The notes under the pieces are model-generated. The model saw only the letters and a list, made by a program, of their open reading frames with translations, was not told the DNA's origin and did no database searches. Shown piece after piece: positions 1 to 8,436 of a stretch of 52,686 nt of DNA. Within the stretch, counting starts at the first letter, position 1; each line of letters starts with the position of its first letter. The position numbers and the translations under genes are program-made. This DNA comes from Vicinamibacteria bacterium (lineage in GTDB: Bacteria > Acidobacteriota > Vicinamibacteria > Vicinamibacterales > CAVVIG01), in contig JBGPHH010000002.1 in NCBI GenBank assembly GCA_041484265.1, forward strand, positions 1 to 52,686, written 5' to 3'.

Positions 1-1259
1 GGGTTCTCGATCATCCACCGGCAGGCGGCCACGACAGAGATGGCCACTTGCATGGTGGTGGCGTTCTGATGGGGCACCAGGCGCTTGGACTCCTCAATAT
101 CGAGGTCTGATCCGCACCACCACGACTGGTAGGGGTGGCCCATGACGAGCGCGCCCAGAATGTCCGCTCCGCTCGTAATCTCGTCGTCGGTCAGAATGCG
201 GATGCGGGGCTGCAGGTTGTAGTCGCGGCCGCGCAGCTCGTACAGCGAGGCGATAGCCACGTCGGCCGGACAATACGCATAGTGCACCGTCGGCCGGTAG
301 ACGGCCTTTCCATCGCGCCAGACGGTCAGCTTCTCGGTAATCGTAAAGGCTTCGCCGTGGCGGACGATCATGCCGATGATGTGGTGGTCCGGCGGCACCC
401 AGCTCGCGACAAAGGTATTGATGCCCATCCGCGCGAGACAAATCTGGCTGCGGGGGCCGTCGGCGTGCTCGAAGGCGAGAGCGGGCAGCTCTTTTTCATG
501 CGTGCCCCAGCCCATTTCGGCTGTCGTGGTGCCTTCCTCGCGGAAGCCCTCGACGCTCCAGGTGTTGACGAACTCGTTCACTTCTTTGGGACGATCGGTA
601 ATCTGCGTGTCGCGCTCGCTGCAGTGAATGACTTTGACGCCCAGCTGATGGGCCAGGTGGTTGAACTCCAGCGCCTTGGCGTGATGGCCGATCGTCTCGG
701 CCTGCGCGCCGGCGAACTTCCGGTCTGCCAGAGCCCGTTCCGCGATATCGAGGAGCGCCTGCTTTGTAAAATGACTGATCAGGCCCGGATTGGCACCGTG
801 CTCGATGACGGCGGTCGGCCCAGGCTCTTTCCACGACGCGGTGAGCGCCCGCAGCTTCATGTGGCGCCAGTACAGCGTTCGCTCCGTCGGGTGCTTGTTG
901 TCCGCCCCGGCGTACGGATCCCAGAGCTCCACGGACGTGTTCACATACAGCACGCCGTGGTCGTGACACCACTGCACGATCGCGCCGCAGTCAATATTCC
1001 AGGCCAGATCGATGAGGAGGTCGCCGGCCGAAAGATACTTGCCCAGGAGCGCGCCGAGGTTGTCTTCAGTCACCTTATCCTTGACGAAGGTCATGCCGCG
1101 CTCGATCCAGGGCCGCAGCGCCGCCTCGTCGGGATTGAACTCCATGATGGTGATGCGCTTCGGGTCGACGTCGATGTGGCGCAGCAAGATCGGCAGCGTG
1201 CACCGCGCGACGGCTCCAAAGCCGACGAACACGATTCGACGAGGGAAAGTCGGCGTCAT
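1..1259 (-). CDS. homospermidine synthase-like paralog (saccharopine-dehydrogenase fold); the 3' end runs off the window
   Basis: Absent from the ORF track because it has no stop codon inside the window. Manual minus-strand translation from ATG 1259-1257 gives MTPTFPRRIVFVGFGAVARCTLPILLRHIDVDPKRITIMEF...IEHGANPGLISHFTK...VIHCSERDTQI...QNATTMQVAISVVAACRWMIENP. This is collinear with the 2540-4057 protein. The start overlaps the argA stop (ATGA at 1256-1259). Confidence 0.8.
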   Translation of the reverse strand, partial: MTPTFPRRIVFVGFGAVARCTLPILLRHIDVDPKRITIMEFNPDEAALRPWIERGMTFVKDKVTEDNLGALLGKYLSAGDLLIDLAWNIDCGAIVQWCHDHGVLYVNTSVELWDPYAGADNKHPTERTLYWRHMKLRALTASWKEPGPTAVIEHGANPGLISHFTKQALLDIAERALADRKFAGAQAETIGHHAKALEFNHLAHQLGVKVIHCSERDTQITDRPKEVNEFVNTWSVEGFREEGTTTAEMGWGTHEKELPALAFEHADGPRSQICLARMGINTFVASWVPPDHHIIGMIVRHGEAFTITEKLTVWRDGKAVYRPTVHYAYCPADVAIASLYELRGRDYNLQPRIRILTDDEITSGADILGALVMGHPYQSWWCGSDLDIEESKRLVPHQNATTMQVAISVVAACRWMIEN

Positions 1260-2536
1260 AAGAGTTTCTTCACCAGCACCTTCGAGTTGCGGCCGCTTTG
1301 TTCGTACTTCTCCCGGCGCGCGGACGGCAAGTCTTCGGGAGTGCCTTCTACAAAGCCTCCTTTGGACCGAAAGTACGTGAAGGCCTGCGTCGAGAGCGCG
1401 AGCAGTTCCTTCAAGCCCATTTCGCGCGCCTTGGCTTCGACAAACTGGATGAGCTTGCGGCCAATCCCCTGATTCTCATGCGAGGAGGCGACGTACAGAC
1501 ACGCCAACTCGCCCTGATTCTCCTCGGGGTACACGTGAAGGGCGACGCATGCCACGGGGTTCTTGTCGATTTCGAAAATATAGTAGTCGCCGAGACTCTT
1601 CTCGATCACCGCCCTGGTGCGCTTCACCAGCTCTTCGGCCTCGACGGCCTGCTTGGTCAGCAGCTGGATGGCTCGGACGTCCTTCTTCTTTGCCGGCCGA
1701 ATGTGCTCGTACTCGTTCGCGTAAATCAACGTCCCGAGACCATGGTTGGAGAACACTTCCCCCAACAGGCCTTCGTCCAGGGTGCCGTTGATCACGTGGA
1801 CGCGCGGTACGCCGGCCTGGCACGCCGCCGCGGCGTGTTGCGCCTTGGAGAGCATGTCGGTGGCAAAGCCCGCGCTGTCATTTTGAATGAGCTTGGCCAG
1901 TTCCGCCACGAGCATCTGGCGAATCAATTCCCCGCGGTAGATCAGGCCGTCGTGAGACGTGACGAAGATCAGCTTGGTGGCCTTCAGCTGTTCGGCCACC
2001 GCCAGGGCGACGCCGTCGGAATTCACGCGATAGGTCTTGCCGTCGCCGTCGAAGCCGAGCGGTGGGATCACCGGCACAACCCCTTGCGTGAGCAGCGACT
2101 GCAGCAGATCGGCATCGACGCGTTCGACTTTGCCGGTGAAGAGCTGGTCCACGCCCTGGATGATGCCGACCGGATGCGCGATGATCACGTTCGTGCTGGC
2201 GGCCCGAAGGTCGTTTGCCGACAGCCCTTCGAGAATCTCATGGGTCAGCCGGTTCGCGGCGGTCAGCGCCAGGTCGAGGGTGGCGGCATCGGTCACGCCC
2301 GTGCCGTCGAAGTCCGAGGCCTTGATGTGGTGCTCTTCGGCGAGCGTCCGGATCTGCGCAGACGCCCCGTGAACGAGCACGACCCGGATGTTCAGCGACC
2401 ACAAGAGGGCCACGTCCAAGAGCAGGGTGGCGAAGTTGTCGTCCGTGACGATCGCACCGTCAATCGCCAGGATGAACGTCTTTTCGCGGAATTGCGGAAT
2501 GTACTGCAGGATGCCCCGCAGATCGGTCAGCTTCAC
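1256..2536 (-). CDS. argA: N-acetylglutamate synthase (amino-acid kinase domain plus C-terminal GNAT acetyltransferase)
   Basis: 426-aa ORF. It has AAK-type motifs (FILAIDGAIV, RVVLVHGASAQI, GFDGDGKTYRVNSDGVA) and a GNAT motif (LYVASSHENQGIGRKLIQF). There is a 3-nt gap to the upstream hss and a 4-nt overlap with the downstream paralog. Confidence 0.85.
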   Translation of the reverse strand: MKLTDLRGILQYIPQFREKTFILAIDGAIVTDDNFATLLLDVALLWSLNIRVVLVHGASAQIRTLAEEHHIKASDFDGTGVTDAATLDLALTAANRLTHEILEGLSANDLRAASTNVIIAHPVGIIQGVDQLFTGKVERVDADLLQSLLTQGVVPVIPPLGFDGDGKTYRVNSDGVALAVAEQLKATKLIFVTSHDGLIYRGELIRQMLVAELAKLIQNDSAGFATDMLSKAQHAAAACQAGVPRVHVINGTLDEGLLGEVFSNHGLGTLIYANEYEHIRPAKKKDVRAIQLLTKQAVEAEELVKRTRAVIEKSLGDYYIFEIDKNPVACVALHVYPEENQGELACLYVASSHENQGIGRKLIQFVEAKAREMGLKELLALSTQAFTYFRSKGGFVEGTPEDLPSARREKYEQSGRNSKVLVKKLL

Positions 2537-2539
2537 GTG

Positions 2540-4057
2540 TCAAGGTTCCAAGGCGAAACTGGCAAACTGCCAGAGGTCTGCCTCGTCCACCGGCGGAGCA
2601 CCCCACTTGGCAAACAGCTGGGATCGGCTCTCGAGCGGCGTCCAGTTGGTCTGAACCGATGGGCAGGGACCGAGGTATGCGCCCGCGACGGCAAGAATCT
2701 CGCGGTAGGGCAGCTCGTCGGGCACGAGGATGCCCTCGTGCGGGTGGCCCATCATGAAGACCAGTCCGCCGATCACGGATGCGGCGACCTGAAGCGTCGT
2801 CGCGTTCTGGCCCGGCACGAGCCGGCGTGTCTCGTGGATATCCAGCTGCGAGCCGGTCCACCAGCCCGTGAGGCCGTGGCCCATGAGGAGGACGCCCAGT
2901 TCGTCGATCCCGCCGGTAATCTCGTCCGACATGATCCTCAGCTTCGGCTGCAGCTGAAAGTTGCGCATGGTCAGCTCGTAGAGACTGAGGATGGCGTTGT
3001 CACAGGGCATGTAGGCATAGTGCACCGTTGGGCGATAGGTGGCCATGCGCCCCTCGGGCGTGTCGTCCCAGACGGTCAGGTAGTCACTGATCGTGAAGGA
3101 CTCGGCGTGGCGCACCACCATCCCGATAATCGGCCCGCCGGCAGGGACCCACGAGTGGACGAACGTCCGAATCCCCGGTTGCGCGAGAAAGATCTGGTTG
3201 CCGGGACCGCCGATCGGCGTGTGCGCGTACATCGGGAGGCGGCGCTCGTGCGTACCCCAGCCGAGCTCGGCGGGCGCCGTGCCCTCCTCGAAGAAGCCCT
3301 CGATCGACCACGTGTTGACGAACTCGTTGGTCGCCTTGGGTCGGGACGAGACTTGCGTGTCGCGTTCCGAGATATGAATGACCTTGGTACCAGTGGCCTG
3401 GCTGAGTCGAGCAAACGACCCCTCGCCCTGGCTCTCAGCATTGGCCACAAGCTTCTCGAACGCCCCTTTGTTGACGCCGGTTGCCGCGGGGAGCCCCTTT
3501 TCGAGCATGGTGGCCCCGATTTCGACCAGGGCACGCTTGGTGAAATGGCTGACCAAGCCAGGGTTCGCGCCGTGATCCATGATGGCGGTCGCGGTGGGCT
3601 TGGAGCGCGATTTGAGGCGGTCCTTCAGCCCTCGGATGCGCATCTGACGGGAATACAGGCTGCGTTCATACGGCGACTTGTTCGCGATGTCGCCGTACGG
3701 ATCCCACTCTTCAAGGGAGGTATTGATGTAGCGGACGTCGTGGTCGGCGCACCAGGCCAGCAGGTCGAACGTCTCGACGTTCCAGGAGAGATCGATGATG
3801 ATGTCGCCCGGGCCGACGAGTTCTCCGAGCAGGGTCGTATAGTTGCTTTGCGTCAGGCGCGCCTGCTTGAAGACCACGCCGGCCTTGAGCGACTCTTCGA
3901 TCTTCGCGCGCACATCCTCGAAATCCATCACCGTGATGCGCTCGGCCGGTATGTCGATATGCCGGCGCACCAGTGGCAGGGTGCACTGGCCAACCGATCC
4001 GCAGCCCAGCATGAGCATGCGGCCGCTAAAGGGGGTGCGCTTCGTGTTTGTCGTCAT
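2540..4057 (-). CDS. hss: homospermidine synthase
   Basis: The ORF 2540-4072 is collinear with my recalled bacterial Hss sequence: GCGSVGQCTLPLV Rossmann motif, HGANPGLVSHF, ISERDTQ, NTWSIEGF, RPTVHYAY, IDELGVLLMGH, QNATTLQV, WTPL. I prefer ATG 4057 (GGAG 3 nt upstream) over the TTG at 4072. Confidence 0.85.
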   Translation of the reverse strand: MTTNTKRTPFSGRMLMLGCGSVGQCTLPLVRRHIDIPAERITVMDFEDVRAKIEESLKAGVVFKQARLTQSNYTTLLGELVGPGDIIIDLSWNVETFDLLAWCADHDVRYINTSLEEWDPYGDIANKSPYERSLYSRQMRIRGLKDRLKSRSKPTATAIMDHGANPGLVSHFTKRALVEIGATMLEKGLPAATGVNKGAFEKLVANAESQGEGSFARLSQATGTKVIHISERDTQVSSRPKATNEFVNTWSIEGFFEEGTAPAELGWGTHERRLPMYAHTPIGGPGNQIFLAQPGIRTFVHSWVPAGGPIIGMVVRHAESFTISDYLTVWDDTPEGRMATYRPTVHYAYMPCDNAILSLYELTMRNFQLQPKLRIMSDEITGGIDELGVLLMGHGLTGWWTGSQLDIHETRRLVPGQNATTLQVAASVIGGLVFMMGHPHEGILVPDELPYREILAVAGAYLGPCPSVQTNWTPLESRSQLFAKWGAPPVDEADLWQFASFALEP

Positions 4058-4175
4058 GTTCTCCACGTCCAACTGGTCTCGGCGCCGAAGGGGCGGCTCA
4101 AGATGCTACACCGATCCGTTGACAGAATTCCGCTGGATCCAGACGAAGGATTCTACTTCGGCTCGGCGCCTGCCC

Positions 4176-4988
4176 TCAGGCCGGACGCGCGCCTGGAGGC
4201 TCGATGGACGGGAGGCGGGCAGCGATGTGCGAAAGCTGGGCCTCGAGCTCGGTCGCGCGGGCGGCCATCGCCGCCATGCGCTCGGCAAACGCCTCGAGAT
4301 CCTGGTGATCGTGGGTGAGTCCGGCGATCTGCCCCGAGGTCTTCTTCGCCAGCGCGTCGACCTGGGCCACCTTGTCATGGAGGGCGCGCAGGCGCTCGGC
4401 GAACGTGTCGAGTTTCGTTTTGATCAAGAGCTCGCCGAACGTGTTGAGGGTGTCGAGCGGTTGCTCCTTCGTCGGGCCGGGCTCCTGGAGCTGCGCCAAC
4501 GCAAGCCTCTCCTCGATGTCCTTCACGCTCGAGCGGACTTGGTCCAACTCGCTTCGAAGCGCGGCGGCCTGCTCTTCAAGGTCTCTGATGCGGTCGCCGG
4601 GCGCGGGTGGCTGCTCGGTCGAGGGCTCGGCCTGAACTTGAGCCGCGGCGCCCTCACAGAGGCTCTCCTCGACCACCCGGTGGCGCCGAATTTCCGCCCA
4701 GACTTCGTCTCCGCCTCGCGCGACCACGACGGTGAAATGCTCGCGCGGAAGGCCGGCCTGGGGCGGCAAATCGTACTGAACCGATCCACACTCGTCGAGC
4801 GCACGCTCCAATTCGGCCGGCAGCAGTTGCGCGATGATGCCGCTGACGACATCGAGCGCCAGGGCGCTATTGGCCAGCTCGATCTGCCCAACCGGCGCGA
4901 CGATATAGGGCTTGTCGCCGGCGTGCATCACCAGCGCCTCGCCGCTGACGCGGACAATCGCCTGGAGGAGGGATGGAACGAGGCTCAC
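4176..4988 (-). CDS. hypothetical protein with a long C-terminal coiled-coil
   Basis: Lies in ORF 4176-5174. I prefer GTG 4988, preceded by AGGAAG. There is a globular N-terminus (VSLVPSLLQAIVRVSGEALVMHAGDKPYIV...) followed by heptad-rich E/L/A/Q sequence. No family was recognised and the start is uncertain (alternative ATG 5051). Confidence 0.45.
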   Translation of the reverse strand: MSLVPSLLQAIVRVSGEALVMHAGDKPYIVAPVGQIELANSALALDVVSGIIAQLLPAELERALDECGSVQYDLPPQAGLPREHFTVVVARGGDEVWAEIRRHRVVEESLCEGAAAQVQAEPSTEQPPAPGDRIRDLEEQAAALRSELDQVRSSVKDIEERLALAQLQEPGPTKEQPLDTLNTFGELLIKTKLDTFAERLRALHDKVAQVDALAKKTSGQIAGLTHDHQDLEAFAERMAAMAARATELEAQLSHIAARLPSIEPPGARPA

Positions 4989-5199
4989 GTGCTTCCTAAT
5001 GTTGCACAGAATTTTCACGGCGCGGCGGCCAATCCACGCTGCTCGGCGCATCGCCGTGCAGCACGTCAGGCCCGGTCGTCGGTCGACGTCATCACGGCGA
5101 ACGGTCGCACCGTTCGTCCGTCGAGGCCAGATAGCGGCGGGCATGCTCACGCTCGTTCTCGATTTCAGGATCACGTAAGTACCTGTAGCCCGGCAGGTT

Positions 5200-5236
5200 C
5201 GCCCGTGCTAATGTGGGCCTCGGTCGAGCACGGGCG
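5200..5236 (+). promoter_or_regulatory. perfect 10-bp inverted repeat (CGCCCGTGCT ... AGCACGGGCG, 17-nt loop) 25 nt upstream of the TlpA-like start
   Basis: Arms at 5200-5209 and 5227-5236 are exact reverse complements. The element sits in the divergent intergenic region. Its function is unknown. Confidence 0.3.
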
Positions 5237-5260
5237 TGCCGCTGGGCCTCTAAGGAAGTG

Positions 5261-6208
5261 ATGATCACACGCGTAGTGTCGATACTCGTCCTCGCGACCG
5301 TGCTGGTTGGTGGTTGCAGCAAAGCGGCTCAGCCGCCGGCGTCCGACCCTGGCGTGATTGCGTCCGTGCGGTCCGCCATTGCCGCCCACGACCTTCCTCG
5401 GGGCGCGGCGATCCTGAGCGACTTCCGATCGGCTCATGGGACCACGACGGACGCCATCGAGGCGTTATCGTGGCTCGCGCGCGGGGCGCTCGCGGCCAAG
5501 GAGCTCGACGTGGCCGATCGCGACGCGTCGGAAACATATACGCTGGCCGTCGCCGCGCTCAAACGGGTCAAGCTCGAGGCGGACGCGCACTTGCAAACGG
5601 CGCTTGGCGCGGCCATCGAAACCGCCGCGCTCGTCGGGGTGGCGCGAGGGGAGCGGACAGAGGCCGTGTCCCTTCTGCGCAAGGAGCTCGAGACGTATCG
5701 CGATACGCCGATCCACAAGCGCCTGGCGAAGAACCTGAATCTGCTGAGTCTTGAAGGTCAGCCCGCGCCGCCGCTCGAAACCGCGGAGTACCTCAATCAC
5801 CCCGCGCCCACCTTCGCGCAACTCAAAGGAAGAGTGGTCTTACTGTTCTTCTGGGCCCACTGGTGCCCGGACTGCAAGATCGAAGGGCCCATTATCGCGA
5901 GGCTGCTCGAGAAGTACCGCTCGCAAGGGTTGGCGATTGTCGCACCCACGCAGCGATACGGATACGTGACGGAGGGCCGGCCGGCGCCGCCGCATGAGGA
6001 ACTGGCCCATATCATTCAAGTCCGCGACACCTATTACGCTTTCCTTCGCGACGAGCCCGTTCCCGTGAGCGAGGCGAACCATAAGGTATATGGCGTCGCC
6101 TCCACGCCGACCGTTGTGCTGCTCGATCGAGGCGGCCTCGTGCGTCTCTATCATCCGGGACGACTGACAGAAGAGGAGCTTGATGCAGCCATTCGGAGGC
6201 TGCTCTAG
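5261..6208 (+). CDS. TlpA-family thiol:disulfide oxidoreductase lipoprotein (helical N-domain plus thioredoxin fold)
   Basis: ATG 5261 is preceded by AAGGAAG. It has a signal peptide with a lipobox (LVGGCS) and the thioredoxin-fold motif FFWAHWCPDCK. Confidence 0.8.
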   Translation: MITRVVSILVLATVLVGGCSKAAQPPASDPGVIASVRSAIAAHDLPRGAAILSDFRSAHGTTTDAIEALSWLARGALAAKELDVADRDASETYTLAVAALKRVKLEADAHLQTALGAAIETAALVGVARGERTEAVSLLRKELETYRDTPIHKRLAKNLNLLSLEGQPAPPLETAEYLNHPAPTFAQLKGRVVLLFFWAHWCPDCKIEGPIIARLLEKYRSQGLAIVAPTQRYGYVTEGRPAPPHEELAHIIQVRDTYYAFLRDEPVPVSEANHKVYGVASTPTVVLLDRGGLVRLYHPGRLTEEELDAAIRRLL

Positions 6209-6215
6209 AGAGCGT

Positions 6216-7364
6216 TCATTTCCGAAGGGCAAAGAAGCCGGCCTTAGAGGCAGCGACGTAGATGCGGTCACCGAACACCAGGGGGGGCCACGGGAATTGA
6301 GTGTTGGCGTCCCCGACCCGCCAGCGTTCTTCGCCATTCGCGAGGCTCAGTGCCACCAGGCGGCCACCGACGTACGGCACGTAGACAGCGTCTCGGTCGC
6401 TCGCGATCGCAAACGCCGTTGAGCCGCTATTCGGAGTCGCGTGTCGCCAAAGTTCGCGCCTCGTTTCGATGTCGTACGCGACCACGGAGCCGCTGAGCGA
6501 TCCAGCAACCAGTGCAGCGCCGGCACGCGTCAGCGGACGAAAATCCTGCGCCAATGTGTCGGTCCCAGAGGAGCCGCCCAATTTCGGGATTGACCAGCGG
6601 ACGGATCCGTCGCTGCTGCTAAAGCCGTAGATCGTTCCGTCGCTGCTCGCTGCAACGACGACATCATCGATGAAGAGTGGACCACCGGCCCACCCGCTTC
6701 CGAGACCGGAATTCGAGGCACGCGAAAAGGTCGTGCGCCATCGCACGCGCCCCGTTGCGGCGTCGATACAGATCACGCCTCCGGCATTCGGCGCGCTGAA
6801 GGTCGTGTAGCCGGCTGCCACAATACCGCCCCGCACGACAGGCTGGAACACGGTGGTCTTTCCGTCCGTGGAGACGACCGTCGTCCACCGCTCTAGGCCG
6901 GTCACCTCGTCAACGGCATAGAGGCGTCCGGCGGGCGAACCGGCGAACACCCGCCCGTCAGCGGCGGCTCCCAAGTAGATGCCTGGACCGTAACCCTCGG
7001 TCGGCGCAAACCGCCACCGAATCACGCCGCGCGACCGATCAAAGGCGACGAGGTTGTAGTCTCCCGCGACGACGACAGGCCCGGCGATGACGAGGGCAGA
7101 GCCAAACGTCGTGTCGCCGGGCTCACCCGTCGACTGCCTCCACCGAAGCGCGCCATTGTCGGCATTGATGGCAAGCACTTCATGCTGGGCCGAGAGGAAG
7201 TACGCCGTCGAGGCTTCAGCGGCTGGGAGTCCCCGTCCGTCACCAGCAACGTGCCAGATATTCGGTGGCAGGCGCGCCACGTCGGCACCGCGACCGTTCA
7301 CCTGGGCCGCTGCGATCGCTCCTGAGACCACGCAGGCCATGACCACCGCAGCGAGTCTACACAT
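6216..7364 (-). CDS. secreted PQQ-like/BamB-like beta-propeller repeat protein
   Basis: Signal peptide MCRLAAVVMACVVSGAIAAAQ. Repeated G-x-L/V-x-A-x-D-x-x-T/G-G-x-x-R/L-W-R motifs (ALRWRQ, VIRWRF, LERWTT, RVRWRT, SVRWSI, ELWRH, EERWRV). I prefer ATG 7364 over GTG 7373. Confidence 0.75.
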   Translation of the reverse strand: MCRLAAVVMACVVSGAIAAAQVNGRGADVARLPPNIWHVAGDGRGLPAAEASTAYFLSAQHEVLAINADNGALRWRQSTGEPGDTTFGSALVIAGPVVVAGDYNLVAFDRSRGVIRWRFAPTEGYGPGIYLGAAADGRVFAGSPAGRLYAVDEVTGLERWTTVVSTDGKTTVFQPVVRGGIVAAGYTTFSAPNAGGVICIDAATGRVRWRTTFSRASNSGLGSGWAGGPLFIDDVVVAASSDGTIYGFSSSDGSVRWSIPKLGGSSGTDTLAQDFRPLTRAGAALVAGSLSGSVVAYDIETRRELWRHATPNSGSTAFAIASDRDAVYVPYVGGRLVALSLANGEERWRVGDANTQFPWPPLVFGDRIYVAASKAGFFALRK

Positions 7365-7470
7365 GTGAATCACTCACCATCTCGTAGGACGGACAACCAC
7401 ATTGTTGGCCGCTCTGTCAGCCGATCACTCACAGCTTGCACACTTCTCGAGCGTCCCGCCATTATTTTTC

Positions 7471-7499
7471 TTGAATGGCGTGGACCCGATCCCTACACT
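7471..7499 (+). promoter_or_regulatory. sigma70-like promoter (TTGAAT, 17-nt spacer, TACACT) for the hydrolase operon
   Basis: -35 at 7471-7476 and -10 at 7494-7499. An A/T-rich stretch (ATTATTTTTC) lies immediately upstream, and GGAG at 7511 precedes ATG 7525. Confidence 0.45.
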
Positions 7500-7524
7500 C
7501 TGCCGCAAATGGAGTGAAAAAAAC

Positions 7525-8436
7525 ATGCGCACACGACACCTTAGGTCCGCGGCTCTTGTGTTGGCTCTCGTTTCGGGCGCGCTCATCGTCGGAGGCATGA
7601 CGTATCTCAGTGCAGCCACTCAGGTGTCCAAGCGTGCGATCCCACCAGACGAAACCGGCGCGACGCCGGATGACTGGGACACGTTTAGCGCCGACATCAC
7701 GGTTCGACACAGCCGAGTACAAGCTGACGGCACGCCGTTCGACGCGGCCGCGTCGCCCACGCAGTATCACTGGGAACGATCGCGAACGGCCAACGGCTGG
7801 AAGACGACGGTGACGACGTCAACTGCGGCACGAGTCACGCTCAATGCGAGCGACGGCGCCGTGATTCAGGACAACCGGTTCTCGGTCGCGCGGATCGAGG
7901 ATGACGAGGATGGTTCGCCGGTCCGCCTCTACAACCAGCGCGGCGAGCAGGTTCCAGTCCCGCCGCCCGTCCGCAGCGCGGCCCCTCGGTCCGATGCGAA
8001 GGGGCTCCCCGAATTCCGGCGGCCTTCACTGCGGACCGGCGACGCTCCACAACGACCTGCCGTCGACGGCGGTCGGGCTTGGCTTGAAGGGATCATCGCA
8101 AGCTCATCGGCAAAGGCCACTCGACGACAAGGGCTCGAACGGCAACTCGGGAGTCCGACCAGTCGCGTCCGCGGCGCCGACCGTTTCGTCGTCACGCGCG
8201 GTGAGACGACGCAAGAGGTGCTGGCCGATCCGGAATCCGCCGTCCCAGTTGAGATGAATGTCGTCCGCAGCGGCCGACTGGTGACGCACAGCACATTCGG
8301 CTATGTGCCAGGCGCCGGCGGATCGCTCGTCAGGCACACCATTCATACCGAGCAGCTCGCCTCCAACAAGGGCGACCGTCTCGTGACCGACATTGAGTAC
8401 ACCAACATTCGGACAGAGCGAAGGGGGTCGCGATGA
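7525..8436 (+). CDS. hypothetical exported or membrane-anchored protein, first gene of the hydrolase operon
   Basis: ATG 7525 has a GGAG RBS. The N-terminus (MRTRHLRSAALVLALVSGALIVGG) is a hydrophobic anchor or signal. The stop overlaps the next start (ATGA at 8433-8436). No family was recognised. Confidence 0.6.
   Translation: MRTRHLRSAALVLALVSGALIVGGMTYLSAATQVSKRAIPPDETGATPDDWDTFSADITVRHSRVQADGTPFDAAASPTQYHWERSRTANGWKTTVTTSTAARVTLNASDGAVIQDNRFSVARIEDDEDGSPVRLYNQRGEQVPVPPPVRSAAPRSDAKGLPEFRRPSLRTGDAPQRPAVDGGRAWLEGIIASSSAKATRRQGLERQLGSPTSRVRGADRFVVTRGETTQEVLADPESAVPVEMNVVRSGRLVTHSTFGYVPGAGGSLVRHTIHTEQLASNKGDRLVTDIEYTNIRTERRGSR

Noticed and set aside
1298-4318. 1006-aa plus-strand ORF, together with 135-1472 (+) and 3843-5261 (+)
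   Set aside because: These are antisense shadow ORFs. They lie opposite three minus-strand genes with strong family signatures (hss paralog, argA, hss). The translations are Arg/Gly/Ala/Pro-rich low-complexity sequence with no recognisable motifs. Such ORFs are typical of high-GC DNA.
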